Below are positions 8,825 through 17,893 of a stretch of 64,000 nt of DNA, piece after piece. Each line of letters opens with the position of its first letter. The stretch's first letter is position 1. The DNA lies in IMG/VR virus record IMGVR_UViG_3300023174_000056, positions 64,001-128,000 of that record; one strand, written 5' to 3'. The stretch comes from a virus. The translations under genes and the position numbers were made by a program. The notes under the pieces are model-generated. The model made no database searches, was not told the DNA's origin, and worked only from the letters and a program-made list of their open reading frames with translations.

Positions 8825-10621
8825 TTAGCCTAATAGATCTTGTACAACAACTAAGCCGTACATGTCTGGGCGAACCATTGCCTTACCATAACGAGTCATA
8901 ACAGCCTTACGTGGTACGAAGGTGTTTGGATCGAAGATGGTTGGTGTTGATTGTAGTGGTACGTATGGAGCATAGACGTAGCCGCTTTCTAGGAAGCTAC
9001 CGCCCTTACGACCGACTAGGATTACGTTACGGTGGAAGTATGGGTGAACGATAACATCCCACTTCTTGTTTAGATCGCCAGTCTTTACTGCACCAACTGT
9101 GCCTTTTTCTGCATCGGCAGTTACTGATGCACGGAATCCGCTGGTGAATTCAAGAATGTTTGCAACTTCTGGTCCGCAAACTAGGAAGTTTGCGCCACCA
9201 CGTAATGTCTTACGGTGGATATTTGCTGAAACATCGTTGATGGTTTCAACTAGGGTTTCGTACCACATGCTTACGTTACCAGTGAAGTCTGGTGGAGCAG
9301 CGTAGTTAGCTAATACGTTACCAGCAATATCTAGGCCGGTATCACGGTTTACGAACTTACCTGGACGGCGTGACCAGTACTTAACGCCAGCAGTTTGTCC
9401 CTTGACTAGATCGTTTAGAATTTCTTGGTCAATTTCTAGACCAATTTGTTCTGACAACATTGAAGTTAATTCAACTTCAGCGTCTAGGTTGTGGTAAGCG
9501 TTTAGATCTTGGCCTAATTCTGGGGTCCAAGCAGCCTTTAGCTTACGGGTACGAGCAGTGATTGAGAATGAATCAACTTTTAGTTCAATTTCTGGAATTG
9601 CTGCTGAACCTTCAAATGTCCAAGGAGTTGCACCAACAATTGCACCTAATGCTGAGTCACCAACTGTTGACAAATTGTCTTTGATTGGGTATGATAGAAC
9701 TAAGTGGGTCTTGCCACTTAGGATAGCTGTTTTAGCAGCATCGCCACCTGAAGCTACAACGAATTGTAGAGCTGGTGTTCCGTCTAATGAACCGCTTTGA
9801 ACAACTTTAGCTAAACGACGAATTAGTTTTGTTCCAGTTCCAGCTAATGCAGCACCACCAGCGTAATCACCGGCTGCTGAACCTGCTGAAGCCGTTGTGG
9901 CAACTGCTGAAAGAGCGAATACGTCTTGAACAGCTAGTAAACCACCAAATGCTAGGTCGCTTATTCTTACTTCTAATACTGAGGCTGATACAACTGATGA
10001 GTCATTTAATAGATCTGCATCAAAGCGTACCAATTTCTTTTGTGCATCTGTTGCAGCTGCAACGCCGAAAGCTGCAAGTTCTGCTACGCTTCCTGTTGCA
10101 ATTGATTGGTAATAACGTGATGTGTTATAACCATTTGCCATGTTGTAGAAACCTTTTTCAGCATATTCTACACCATCTACACGTACACCACCAGTGATTT
10201 GAACGCCCAAACGATCACCAAAGAATGATGATGAAACTACGAAAGGACGGTTATCACCTTCAGCTGCGTTACCAATTGATGTACCACGGCGGAAGTCCAT
10301 GAAGAATACTAGACCGCTTGGTAGTGACATTGGTTGTACTGAAACTAGATCGTTAGCGATCAAGCCAGCAAATACACGACGGACGATTGGGAACGCAACA
10401 GCGGCAAAGCCTTGTACGTCACCACCAGCCATTGTGGTTGATTCTTTTAGTAGTTCTTTGGCTTGGTTCTCTAATAGAACTGCCATTGTTGATTTTTGGC
10501 GAGCTGATTTTAGACCTTCTAATAGTCCTGATTTTTCCCACTTGGAAACAACTGCTTCGGTTTCCTTTAACATATTGCGTTCAACGACGCCTTCTGTTAG
10601 TCTTTCTAATACGTTAGCCAT
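8825..10621 (-). CDS. Major capsid protein (gp23-like)
   Basis: KWEKSGLLEGL, LLENQA, VQPMSLPSGLVF, RKLKAAWTPE..QDL.AYH.LDAE.EL, YAPYVPL, PRKAVMTRYG. Confidence 0.98.
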   Translation of the reverse strand: MANVLERLTEGVVERNMLKETEAVVSKWEKSGLLEGLKSARQKSTMAVLLENQAKELLKESTTMAGGDVQGFAAVAFPIVRRVFAGLIANDLVSVQPMSLPSGLVFFMDFRRGTSIGNAAEGDNRPFVVSSSFFGDRLGVQITGGVRVDGVEYAEKGFYNMANGYNTSRYYQSIATGSVAELAAFGVAAATDAQKKLVRFDADLLNDSSVVSASVLEVRISDLAFGGLLAVQDVFALSAVATTASAGSAAGDYAGGAALAGTGTKLIRRLAKVVQSGSLDGTPALQFVVASGGDAAKTAILSGKTHLVLSYPIKDNLSTVGDSALGAIVGATPWTFEGSAAIPEIELKVDSFSITARTRKLKAAWTPELGQDLNAYHNLDAEVELTSMLSEQIGLEIDQEILNDLVKGQTAGVKYWSRRPGKFVNRDTGLDIAGNVLANYAAPPDFTGNVSMWYETLVETINDVSANIHRKTLRGGANFLVCGPEVANILEFTSGFRASVTADAEKGTVGAVKTGDLNKKWDVIVHPYFHRNVILVGRKGGSFLESGYVYAPYVPLQSTPTIFDPNTFVPRKAVMTRYGKAMVRPDMYGLVVVQDLLG

Positions 10622-10644
10622 TTTTATTCTCCTGTGAATAATTT

Positions 10645-12042
10645 TTAAGTTTTGTTTGTAATTCCTGCTAATTTCTTCATTCTTTCAGTAAATGACTCAT
10701 CGGCCACTTGCTGTTTGCGATTTAAGAATGGCGAATTACCACGGTTTAACGCTTCGCTTAGTGATTCTTTTGGCTTTTTCGTTGAAAAAGCCCCTTGCAC
10801 TGTGCTTTGAAGCGTGTTATAGATGGTTTTTGCCTCTAAAACGCTTGTAGATTTGGAAATGTTTTCGACAATTTGTTCTTTTTGTCGCTCATTCAACGAG
10901 GCATTTCCTAATACTTTGTTAGTATATAGTAATTTGGCGTTTGAAATGCTTAATTTTTCAATATTTTCTTTCAAAGTAGCAAAATTTTCTTCGAATTCTA
11001 CCATTTTTTCAATTAATTCTTCGTTTTCTTTTTTGCTTTCTTCTAATTTGGCCTTTAAGTCTGACATTGCGGCTTCTTGTGCTGCTCTTTCTTCTTCTGC
11101 TTTGGCATCTCTTGCAGCAGCTTTTTCAACATCACCGGCAAATTTACGTTCTATTGTTGTTGTACCCATATAACCACGTAATTGACTTTCTGGCTTTAAA
11201 TCTACTTCTAAACGCTCCGCTAATTCAGCTAATTCTTCTTCTGTTATTTGGATATCTTCTTCCATAGATGTAGCACTCATTCTTCCACCAGACAAATTTT
11301 TTCTAGCTGATTTAGAGGCTAAATCGTGGTAGATTGCATCTGCTTCCAAAGCTTTTTTACGTGCGACTTGGACTGCTGGGTCTTCCCCTTGTTCTTGCAA
11401 TTCATCTTCTAGTTCGAGTTCCAATTCTTCTTCGTATTCTTCCATTTCGCCTTCGTGGCTACCTAAATGAATTTTTATAGCTTCTTCTAATTCTTCTTCA
11501 TTAATAGTCCCACCATCTAAAGCATCTGTATGAGTTGCGTCTGATGGCCCTTCGCCACGCTCTTCTAATTCCTCTTCTTCCAATTCTTGTTCTTCATTCC
11601 AGCCTTCAGCTAAAGGCTGTGTTTCTAGGGATGGTTCCTCTTCTGTTGATTGTTCAAGAGGCTCTTCTTCTGGTGATCCTAAAATTGGGTTTTCAACACC
11701 CATCATTGATGATATTTGTTTTTTTAATTGATCAAAATTAATAGTTATAATTTGATCATCATCGCCATCTAAATATGATGCAGGAACTTTCTCAAATGCT
11801 TTTTCTTTATTATCGTCTGCCCCTGTCATCTGTGGGACATCAGCACTAAGTGAAGCATCTGGTGACATCATTGGGTCTGTTTGCATTGCAGCAGTAGACA
11901 TATCTTCTTGCTCTAATAATTTTTCAACAGATTGTTTAAATTCTTTTGAATATTTTTCAATTAAAGCAGATTCTGCATTTTTTATAGCAATTTCTCGAAG
12001 CGCTGCTGCATCTACTATTGCTTGTTCTAACAAATTTGACAT
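10645..12042 (-). CDS. Prohead core / scaffolding protein (gp22-like)
   Basis: Very acidic, coiled-coil, NAKLLYTNK, C-terminal RMKKLAGI. Immediately upstream of the MCP. Confidence 0.8.
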   Translation of the reverse strand: MSNLLEQAIVDAAALREIAIKNAESALIEKYSKEFKQSVEKLLEQEDMSTAAMQTDPMMSPDASLSADVPQMTGADDNKEKAFEKVPASYLDGDDDQIITINFDQLKKQISSMMGVENPILGSPEEEPLEQSTEEEPSLETQPLAEGWNEEQELEEEELEERGEGPSDATHTDALDGGTINEEELEEAIKIHLGSHEGEMEEYEEELELELEDELQEQGEDPAVQVARKKALEADAIYHDLASKSARKNLSGGRMSATSMEEDIQITEEELAELAERLEVDLKPESQLRGYMGTTTIERKFAGDVEKAAARDAKAEEERAAQEAAMSDLKAKLEESKKENEELIEKMVEFEENFATLKENIEKLSISNAKLLYTNKVLGNASLNERQKEQIVENISKSTSVLEAKTIYNTLQSTVQGAFSTKKPKESLSEALNRGNSPFLNRKQQVADESFTERMKKLAGITNKT

Positions 12043-12083
12043 ATAATTTTACTCCTGTAGACAGGAAAAGGAAACTTTGTAAA

Positions 12084-12091
12084 TAAATAGT
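12084..12091 (-). promoter_or_regulatory. ACTATTTA motif, putative late promoter
   Basis: Upstream of the scaffold-MCP operon. Confidence 0.7.
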
Positions 12092-12114
12092 GTTTAATGG
12101 TACTAAAGGACTAT

Positions 12115-12423
12115 TTATTCTTTTTTTACAGTTTCTTGTGATTGCTTTGAATAAGCTTTTTTCTTTTTAGTTTTAACGGGACCGTCGCCGTTTAATTCAT
12201 CATTGTATTTTTTTGCATTTCTCTTATATCTTAGCTTTTTTTCTCTAGTGATAATTGATTTTTTTGTGAATCTTCTAGAAAAAGCACTATTATCAGCTAA
12301 AAATTGTAATAAAGAATCCTTACTACATTCTTTTAGAAATTTTTTGATAAGTTGTTCACTAGTCTCATCGGTTGGTCTTACGTGAGGAGGTAATTTTACC
12401 TCTAAGTTTACTGCTCTAGCCAT
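12115..12423 (-). CDS. Divergent ribosomal protein bS21-like
   Basis: Likely start MARAVNLEVK. The pattern V.V..ETSEQLIKKFLKECSKDSLL...F.K.S..REKK..KR aligns by eye with bS21. Basic protein. Confidence 0.6.
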   Translation of the reverse strand: MARAVNLEVKLPPHVRPTDETSEQLIKKFLKECSKDSLLQFLADNSAFSRRFTKKSIITREKKLRYKRNAKKYNDELNGDGPVKTKKKKAYSKQSQETVKKE

Positions 12424-12431
12424 GCTATACC

Positions 12432-12881
12432 CTATTCTTTCTTGCCTTTTCCATTTAAGGCAGTTGTAAAAGTTTTCCAAACTTCTTTATTTTGTCCCAA
12501 TAGCGCAGAAATATCTACGCCCTTTCCTTGAATACCTGGAACTACGGATGCTTCTGGGTTTAATGATTCTGCAATTTGTTCAGGATCATTTTCTGTAGGA
12601 GTTGATCCAGCAAATGGATCAAAACCACCCATTGAAATTTTTTCTAATAAATGCTTTTTTGCTTCTTGAATTTTATTTGGTTTATTCTCTGAAGTTTGTT
12701 TCATGAATTTAACTTCTTTTACCGCATAAGATTCTTCTTCTTTATTTTCTTTTACCATTTCACGTTGTCTTGTCTTAATAGACTCTTCAATAAGCTTATT
12801 TAAACCTTGTTCATAAAGAATCTCAGTTAAGCATTCTTTAATTAGCGGTTTAATTATTTTTTTTAAATTATTTTTATCCAT
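12432..12881 (-). CDS. Hypothetical protein with LKKIIKPLIKECL leader (candidate head protein)
   Basis: ORF with GAGG RBS and several I/L-x-E sites. Confidence 0.65.
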   Translation of the reverse strand: MDKNNLKKIIKPLIKECLTEILYEQGLNKLIEESIKTRQREMVKENKEEESYAVKEVKFMKQTSENKPNKIQEAKKHLLEKISMGGFDPFAGSTPTENDPEQIAESLNPEASVVPGIQGKGVDISALLGQNKEVWKTFTTALNGKGKKE

Positions 12882-12889
12882 TATTACCT

Positions 12890-14227
12890 CTAAATAGCTG
12901 TTATAGTATATGGTTCATAATCACTTACATCTCTAATCATCCAAGTATATCCAAATTGGCTTGATGATATAGCTTGTAAGGTTATAAAATTATGTTGGTC
13001 AGTCTCATTTGCATGTGCAATCATACTTGAAAAATCTCTTACTGCATTTGTAATTAAATAACTATGAAATGTATTATTACCAGTTATTTTACCAGTACCA
13101 ATGTAATCTGTATAGCCTCCACTTGAATATGGATTAAATGTTATTTTATGGACCGAGTATTTACCATTTATTGTAAATAACCCATCAGAAGAAGAATAGC
13201 CTACCGGGTCTATGCTTGTTGTTCCTACATAAGTAGCATTAATAAAAGTAAACGTCTTACCAAGCACTAACGAAACTGGCGGTAAATTAATTGACATGCT
13301 CATATCGGAAACGGCATAATCAACACCTTTTAATCTTGGCTCTTGAGCAGTCCAAGGAGAATAGGTTATATTATTATAGTGTGGACTAAAGGAGAAATAT
13401 ATTGTTTTGTCTTCTGCTTGTGGAACATAACTGCTGGTGTTATATAAAAATTTATAACTGTCTAAAGAAGCGGTATTAAACGATAGAGTAACAGTAGAAC
13501 CGCTTCTATAAGTTAATACTTCGCCAGCAGAAACTACGTCGGTTATGTAGTTTTGATTATTATCACCACCGCTATTGCCGTTTACGGCAGCAGCAATTTG
13601 TTCTATGGATATAGTATTATTTCCAACAGAAAAATCTATACCAGCTTCTGTTAAACGGACCTTTGATTGATTGACAGAAAGTTCTATAATGTCGCTGTTA
13701 ATATTATAGCTGCTAGCGGATACATGGCCGATAGCAATAGAAGCGTTCTGCCCTTGTCCTTGACCATCTACGATTGAAGTTCCTAAGAAGTAGCTATCCT
13801 GACCGCCGCCAAATTCAGCAAATGATTGCGTAGTTTGTTGAATACAGTTATCAGCATAACTACCGCTGTCTCCACCGCCATTATCTCCACCATTATTGCC
13901 GCCGTTATCACCACCACCGTTATTACCACCCATAGATGCAAAAACATCCATGCCATTATAATAAATTGTAGCATTTCCATTGATATGCAAACTAGAATCA
14001 TTTAAGCAAATACCAGCAGAGGACGTAAACGGAGCATTTACTGTTATTAAATCAGCAGCGCTGCTTCCTAGAATTACATTATTTTTAAAGTCGGCATTTG
14101 CATAGACATACAAATCATCTACATTTCCATCATTATTTTCTAGTGGAGTTCCAATAGTAAATACATCCTTGGCGGCGGATGCCATATTAAGACCACCAGA
14201 AACTGTTAAAGTAGTTAATATTTTCAT
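12890..14227 (-). CDS. Putative fibre/virion appendage protein
   Basis: Ser/Thr/Gly/Asn-rich. VILGSSAADLITV resembles VILGNASGDAITV in 31178..33640. GGDN linker. Confidence 0.55.
   Translation of the reverse strand: MKILTTLTVSGGLNMASAAKDVFTIGTPLENNDGNVDDLYVYANADFKNNVILGSSAADLITVNAPFTSSAGICLNDSSLHINGNATIYYNGMDVFASMGGNNGGGDNGGNNGGDNGGGDSGSYADNCIQQTTQSFAEFGGGQDSYFLGTSIVDGQGQGQNASIAIGHVSASSYNINSDIIELSVNQSKVRLTEAGIDFSVGNNTISIEQIAAAVNGNSGGDNNQNYITDVVSAGEVLTYRSGSTVTLSFNTASLDSYKFLYNTSSYVPQAEDKTIYFSFSPHYNNITYSPWTAQEPRLKGVDYAVSDMSMSINLPPVSLVLGKTFTFINATYVGTTSIDPVGYSSSDGLFTINGKYSVHKITFNPYSSGGYTDYIGTGKITGNNTFHSYLITNAVRDFSSMIAHANETDQHNFITLQAISSSQFGYTWMIRDVSDYEPYTITAI
13866..13932 (-). repeat. Short tandem coding repeat (GGNN/GGDN linker)
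   Basis: Encodes MGGNNGGGDNGGNNGGDNGGGDS. Confidence 0.8.
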
Positions 14228-14238
14228 ATATAAATATC

Positions 14239-15822
14239 CTAAAATAGGTCTAATTCAATAGTTAAATCTGCTGCCAAACCGGGATTACCGGGGGTCGTCG
14301 TTTGAACAGCCAAATATTCACCAATGCCGAAATCCACAGAACAAAGATAGTTTGTAGCTTTTGTTTCGCCATCGGTTATACTTGCGGTCATAGCGGTTGC
14401 TACACCACTTCCAGGTATGCCTGTTGTGCTTTTTAGTATTGTGATAACAACAGTATGGACACCAACTAAATTACCAGGAGCAGTTCTTAAATTAATTGAC
14501 ATACCTTGTAAAATGCTTTTTTGTTGAAAGCGATAATAAACTTCGGTAGCATCGCCAGTAGTTTGATTGCCCTGCCAATAGTAATATGTACCATTAGGTA
14601 CATTTCCACGTAAACCATAAAGCAAAGTTGTTGGAGTAACATAGGTGGTAAAAGGTTTACCGCCAGCAGTTTTATTTATAAGATCACAGCCGGGGCCAAG
14701 TTGGATGCCAGTATTGATAAAGCCTGTACCTGGAGTTGTCTGTAAGATATCGCTACCTGTATAACTACCGCTTGTCGTTGGACCGCTAATGCTTGTTGTA
14801 CGCATTTGCAATGAACAACTTGCATTATCTGATTGTATACCTACATATGATCCGGTTGAAAGTGCGCTAGTTGGTGCTTTAACATAAATATTTGTATCAC
14901 GAAATGTTGTTACAACCGGAGTATCAGCATAAACACCACGTTTTTTTCCACCGCCATTTGAAAATACATTTATTGTTACACCACGGGTAAAATTAAATGA
15001 AAAGTCGCTTGGTGTTATACCAGTTGAACCACTGGCGTAAACTCCATAGACATTCGTGTTTGCGCTTGCAGTAACACTACTATTATCAACAGTCAATACT
15101 GCTGTACGTAATTTACTGTTTGTTCCTGTACTACCCGGTAATTTAATACCAATTAAGTTAGCGGTGCTGCTTGTTGAATAAAGTGTTAATGATAAATCTT
15201 CTATACGGCTATTGTTACCCATAGTAACCATAGTTACATCGCCGTTGCTTGCGGTTAGAACAAGTTTTGTGGTTTGTGTTGATAGACCACGTAGGGCACA
15301 ATTATCTGGCATTGTAAAACCAGAAGTTAAAGTATAAGTATTTGGCATTACCCAAATTGTAGGATAAGATAGACCACTGCCACTAACATAATTAATAGCT
15401 GCATTTACTGTTTTGAATGGAAGACCATTGACTACACCAGTACTATCATTTCCGTTTACACCATCAACAACAATAACATTGCCAGCCTTAGATGCGGCAA
15501 CACCAGCAGAAGCAGCATTTAGCGCATAAGAAGATGTTATAGAATAAGAAGAAGAAATAACACCTGTAACTTGTGAACCATCGCCTTTTAGTGAAGCGGT
15601 TACAGCCGTAATTGAAATACTTGGCTGTAATTGCACAGGGCTGCCTACTGTGCCATTTCCTTGAATACCATCAGTAGTCACAATAACAGGAACGTATGAT
15701 GCAGTTAAAACATAATCTACTAAAGGAGCCGAAACCCATCCTGCGCCGATACCATTGTTTATCAGTAAAGACGCAGTATTAGGCACTCCTTCTGGTAGTG
15801 GTTTAGGTCCAAAACGTAACAT
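14239..15822 (-). CDS. Spike-like protein with a predicted right-handed beta-helix (pectin-lyase-like)
   Basis: IVVDGVNGNDSTG...PFKTVNAAIN..IWVMPNTY beta-helix cap motif followed by repetitive beta-strand sequence. Confidence 0.65.
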   Translation of the reverse strand: MLRFGPKPLPEGVPNTASLLINNGIGAGWVSAPLVDYVLTASYVPVIVTTDGIQGNGTVGSPVQLQPSISITAVTASLKGDGSQVTGVISSSYSITSSYALNAASAGVAASKAGNVIVVDGVNGNDSTGVVNGLPFKTVNAAINYVSGSGLSYPTIWVMPNTYTLTSGFTMPDNCALRGLSTQTTKLVLTASNGDVTMVTMGNNSRIEDLSLTLYSTSSTANLIGIKLPGSTGTNSKLRTAVLTVDNSSVTASANTNVYGVYASGSTGITPSDFSFNFTRGVTINVFSNGGGKKRGVYADTPVVTTFRDTNIYVKAPTSALSTGSYVGIQSDNASCSLQMRTTSISGPTTSGSYTGSDILQTTPGTGFINTGIQLGPGCDLINKTAGGKPFTTYVTPTTLLYGLRGNVPNGTYYYWQGNQTTGDATEVYYRFQQKSILQGMSINLRTAPGNLVGVHTVVITILKSTTGIPGSGVATAMTASITDGETKATNYLCSVDFGIGEYLAVQTTTPGNPGLAADLTIELDLF

Positions 15823-15851
15823 CTTTCACACCCCCCCTTGCAAAACCTTTA

Positions 15852-16250
15852 TTAACCTACACCAACAGAGCCAGACCAGCTACCTGGTAATAAATTGGCA
15901 TCTATACCTGTTAGAGAAGCGATAACGGAAATACTTGCTGTGCTTGCGGTATTACTGAGCAAGTACAGTTTAGTTATTTTTACATCCGCCTCAAAAGATT
16001 CGTCTTTATCTAATAAGAAATAATTTGTTCCTTTTACGCCATTAGCACTAAAACCAACTCTAACTTTATTGGTAGAACCATTTACATTTTTTATAAGTAT
16101 TGTTTTAGTCACGCTTGGAAAAGTTACTTCTAGCGGTTCAGAAGAAGACACTGGTGCCGTTAAGGACGATGTAACCCACGGAATACCGCTTACTTGATAA
16201 TTACCTACATTATTTAAACCTGCTTTTGGGACATATGTAAAATCACTCAT
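15852..16250 (-). CDS. Hypothetical virion protein
   Basis: 132-aa beta-rich, Ser/Thr-rich ORF, coupled to the protease gene. Confidence 0.6.
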   Translation of the reverse strand: MSDFTYVPKAGLNNVGNYQVSGIPWVTSSLTAPVSSSEPLEVTFPSVTKTILIKNVNGSTNKVRVGFSANGVKGTNYFLLDKDESFEADVKITKLYLLSNTASTASISVIASLTGIDANLLPGSWSGSVGVG

Positions 16251-16251
16251 T

Positions 16252-16860
16252 TTATTTTCCTACTATATCGTTCAGTAAACGATTTAATTTATCTGCCTTG
16301 CTAAAAACTTGATTAATATCTCTTCTTTTGCCTTCACTCATCATAAAAGCGCCTGGAGTTGATGGTTCTTGGACGAAATCAAAACAAATTAATTGAAAAT
16401 CATCTTCAACTATTGTTTTTCCGCCTTCTTTTCTTGTTGAGCCTAAGCCTCTAGAAGAAATTCCTAGTTTTACTCCACCTCTAACTAGATTTTTAAGAAT
16501 ATTACCAGAAGGAGTGTCTAATACCTTAACTTTGCCCATAACATTATTGCCGTCCCACCATATTTTTGTTACCATATGGGATGCATTCTTTAAATTAACA
16601 ACAGAGTCATCTGGGTGGTCCAATTCTCCCAAAGCTCTTCGGTCTTCCACTATTCTTTGATAGTTTTCAATTTCTCTTTCAAGAATATTTCTAGAATAAA
16701 CACGGCCATTTCCATTTTCTTGATCGCATTTTTGCATTATACCCGTCAAGAAAACAACGCCGTTATTTTTTATCATAATCTTCTCATCTTCCGTTAGAAG
16801 ATCTTGACAAAAACCGCCTTCACATAATTCATAATATTCTCTTAATAATTCTTGTGCCAT
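16252..16860 (-). CDS. Prohead core protease (gp21-like)
   Basis: NGNGRVY, ALGELDHP (catalytic His), GISSRGLGS (catalytic Ser), FDFVQEPST. Confidence 0.97.
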   Translation of the reverse strand: MAQELLREYYELCEGGFCQDLLTEDEKIMIKNNGVVFLTGIMQKCDQENGNGRVYSRNILEREIENYQRIVEDRRALGELDHPDDSVVNLKNASHMVTKIWWDGNNVMGKVKVLDTPSGNILKNLVRGGVKLGISSRGLGSTRKEGGKTIVEDDFQLICFDFVQEPSTPGAFMMSEGKRRDINQVFSKADKLNRLLNDIVGK

Positions 16861-16881
16861 GTTTTATAACCTATTTTGAGT

Positions 16882-16916
16882 TATAGCCTCCTAGATTTTT
16901 TTTCTAGGAGGCTATA
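16882..16916. promoter_or_regulatory. Perfect 14-bp inverted repeat between the RRCC peptide and the protease gene
   Basis: TATAGCCTCCTAGA-7nt-TCTAGGAGGCTATA, with no U-tract on the coding strand. Confidence 0.8.
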
Positions 16917-16989
16917 TTATGCTACCATTGCAACAACGTCTAACGGGTTGCAACATATAACGACGGATGTATACAGTTTCTGTACGCAT
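16912..16989 (-). CDS. 25-aa peptide MRTETVYIRRYMLQPVRRCCNGSII
   Basis: Not in the ORF track. Perfect SD GGAGGTGA (16996-17003) 6 nt before the ATG; ACTATTTA motif at 17012-17019. Confidence 0.75.
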   Translation of the reverse strand: MRTETVYIRRYMLQPVRRCCNGSII

Positions 16990-17011
16990 AATAGATCACC
17001 TCCAATCAATA

Positions 17012-17019
17012 TAAATAGT
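17012..17019 (-). promoter_or_regulatory. ACTATTTA motif, putative late promoter
   Basis: Upstream of the peptide and protease genes. Confidence 0.7.
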
Positions 17020-17023
17020 GAAA

Positions 17024-17314
17024 TTAATGTTTTTTCACTTTTATTGTTAAACCGTCGTCATCTGCTATACGTGATAACAGATACGATGTGCCAGATGAAA
17101 TACAACCAGCAACAAACCAATTAAAACTTACATCTATCAAAAAACAATTAATAATTCCAACCCAAAATCCCATACACATAGTACATTTAATCATGTATGA
17201 AATTAAATTATTATTTAAAGAATTAATTTTAATTCTTATTTTTTCAAAAATTTTGCTATAGACTAAGATCATAGTCATTCCATAGCAAGCAAGAACAAAA
17301 ATTAATAAATTCAT
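17024..17314 (-). CDS. Small membrane protein with CxxC (DUF1360-like)
   Basis: Hydrophobic segments and a CTMCMGFWVG motif. Confidence 0.65.
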   Translation of the reverse strand: MNLLIFVLACYGMTMILVYSKIFEKIRIKINSLNNNLISYMIKCTMCMGFWVGIINCFLIDVSFNWFVAGCISSGTSYLLSRIADDDGLTIKVKKH

Positions 17315-17317
17315 TTA

Positions 17318-17839
17318 TTATTCTGTGCCTTCTTCTTTACCTTGTTGGGTTTCTGCTGCTTCTGGTGATGCTTCCGCTGGCACTGGCTTTTCTTTCTTCA
17401 TTTTACCAGCGGCACCAGAACCTACCATTTGATCGTGAACTAGTTTGTCTAAATCTGTCATAGCAGACATAACTTTTGCATAAAAAGGTTTTGATTCTTC
17501 TCCTTTAAATACAATTTGCATATCTTTATGCAAATCATTAATTTTTGGAAGAATAACTTGTTGAAGTTTTACAGCTCTTTGTTTTGAGTGCGTTTGCATA
17601 CCAATAGTTTTTTTAGTTTTTTCAGCTGAAGCTGCTACATCTTTTGCGCCAACCATTCCAGCGGCTTTGCCAATTCCACCTACAGCGGCAGATTTAGCTG
17701 CGCCCTTTAATCCCTGCCAGCCGCTAGCAACACCAGCCCCAACACGATCAAAAAAACCTTCTTCTAATTGACTTTCTTGTACTACTGATTCCAATTCTTC
17801 TTTAATTATTTGTTCTAAATATTGTTTTGTTACTTTCAT
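17318..17839 (-). CDS. Hypothetical protein with MKVTKQYLEQIIKEELE leader (candidate internal head protein)
   Basis: AGGAG RBS. Leader followed by LEE|GFFDR and a Gly/Ala/Lys amphipathic segment. Confidence 0.7.
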   Translation of the reverse strand: MKVTKQYLEQIIKEELESVVQESQLEEGFFDRVGAGVASGWQGLKGAAKSAAVGGIGKAAGMVGAKDVAASAEKTKKTIGMQTHSKQRAVKLQQVILPKINDLHKDMQIVFKGEESKPFYAKVMSAMTDLDKLVHDQMVGSGAAGKMKKEKPVPAEASPEAAETQQGKEEGTE

Positions 17840-17869
17840 TTTTTATTTTCTCCTGTAACTGATTATAAA

Positions 17870-17877
17870 TAAGTAGT
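17870..17877 (-). promoter_or_regulatory. ACTACTTA motif, putative late promoter
   Basis: Variant motif upstream of 17318..17839. Confidence 0.6.
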
Positions 17878-17893
17878 TCTTGCAAACTTAAAA

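Noticed and set aside
12424-12480. N-terminal extension of the bS21-like ORF in the track
   Set aside because: It overlaps the upstream gene; the ATG at 12423 just after that gene's stop is more plausible.
16882-16916. 14-bp hairpin as an intrinsic terminator
   Set aside because: There is no U-tract on the coding strand, and it would cut the protease gene off from the nearest promoter motif.
16876-17124. 82-aa plus-strand ORF over the gap upstream of the protease
   Set aside because: The minus-strand peptide with its SD and promoter motif explains the region better.
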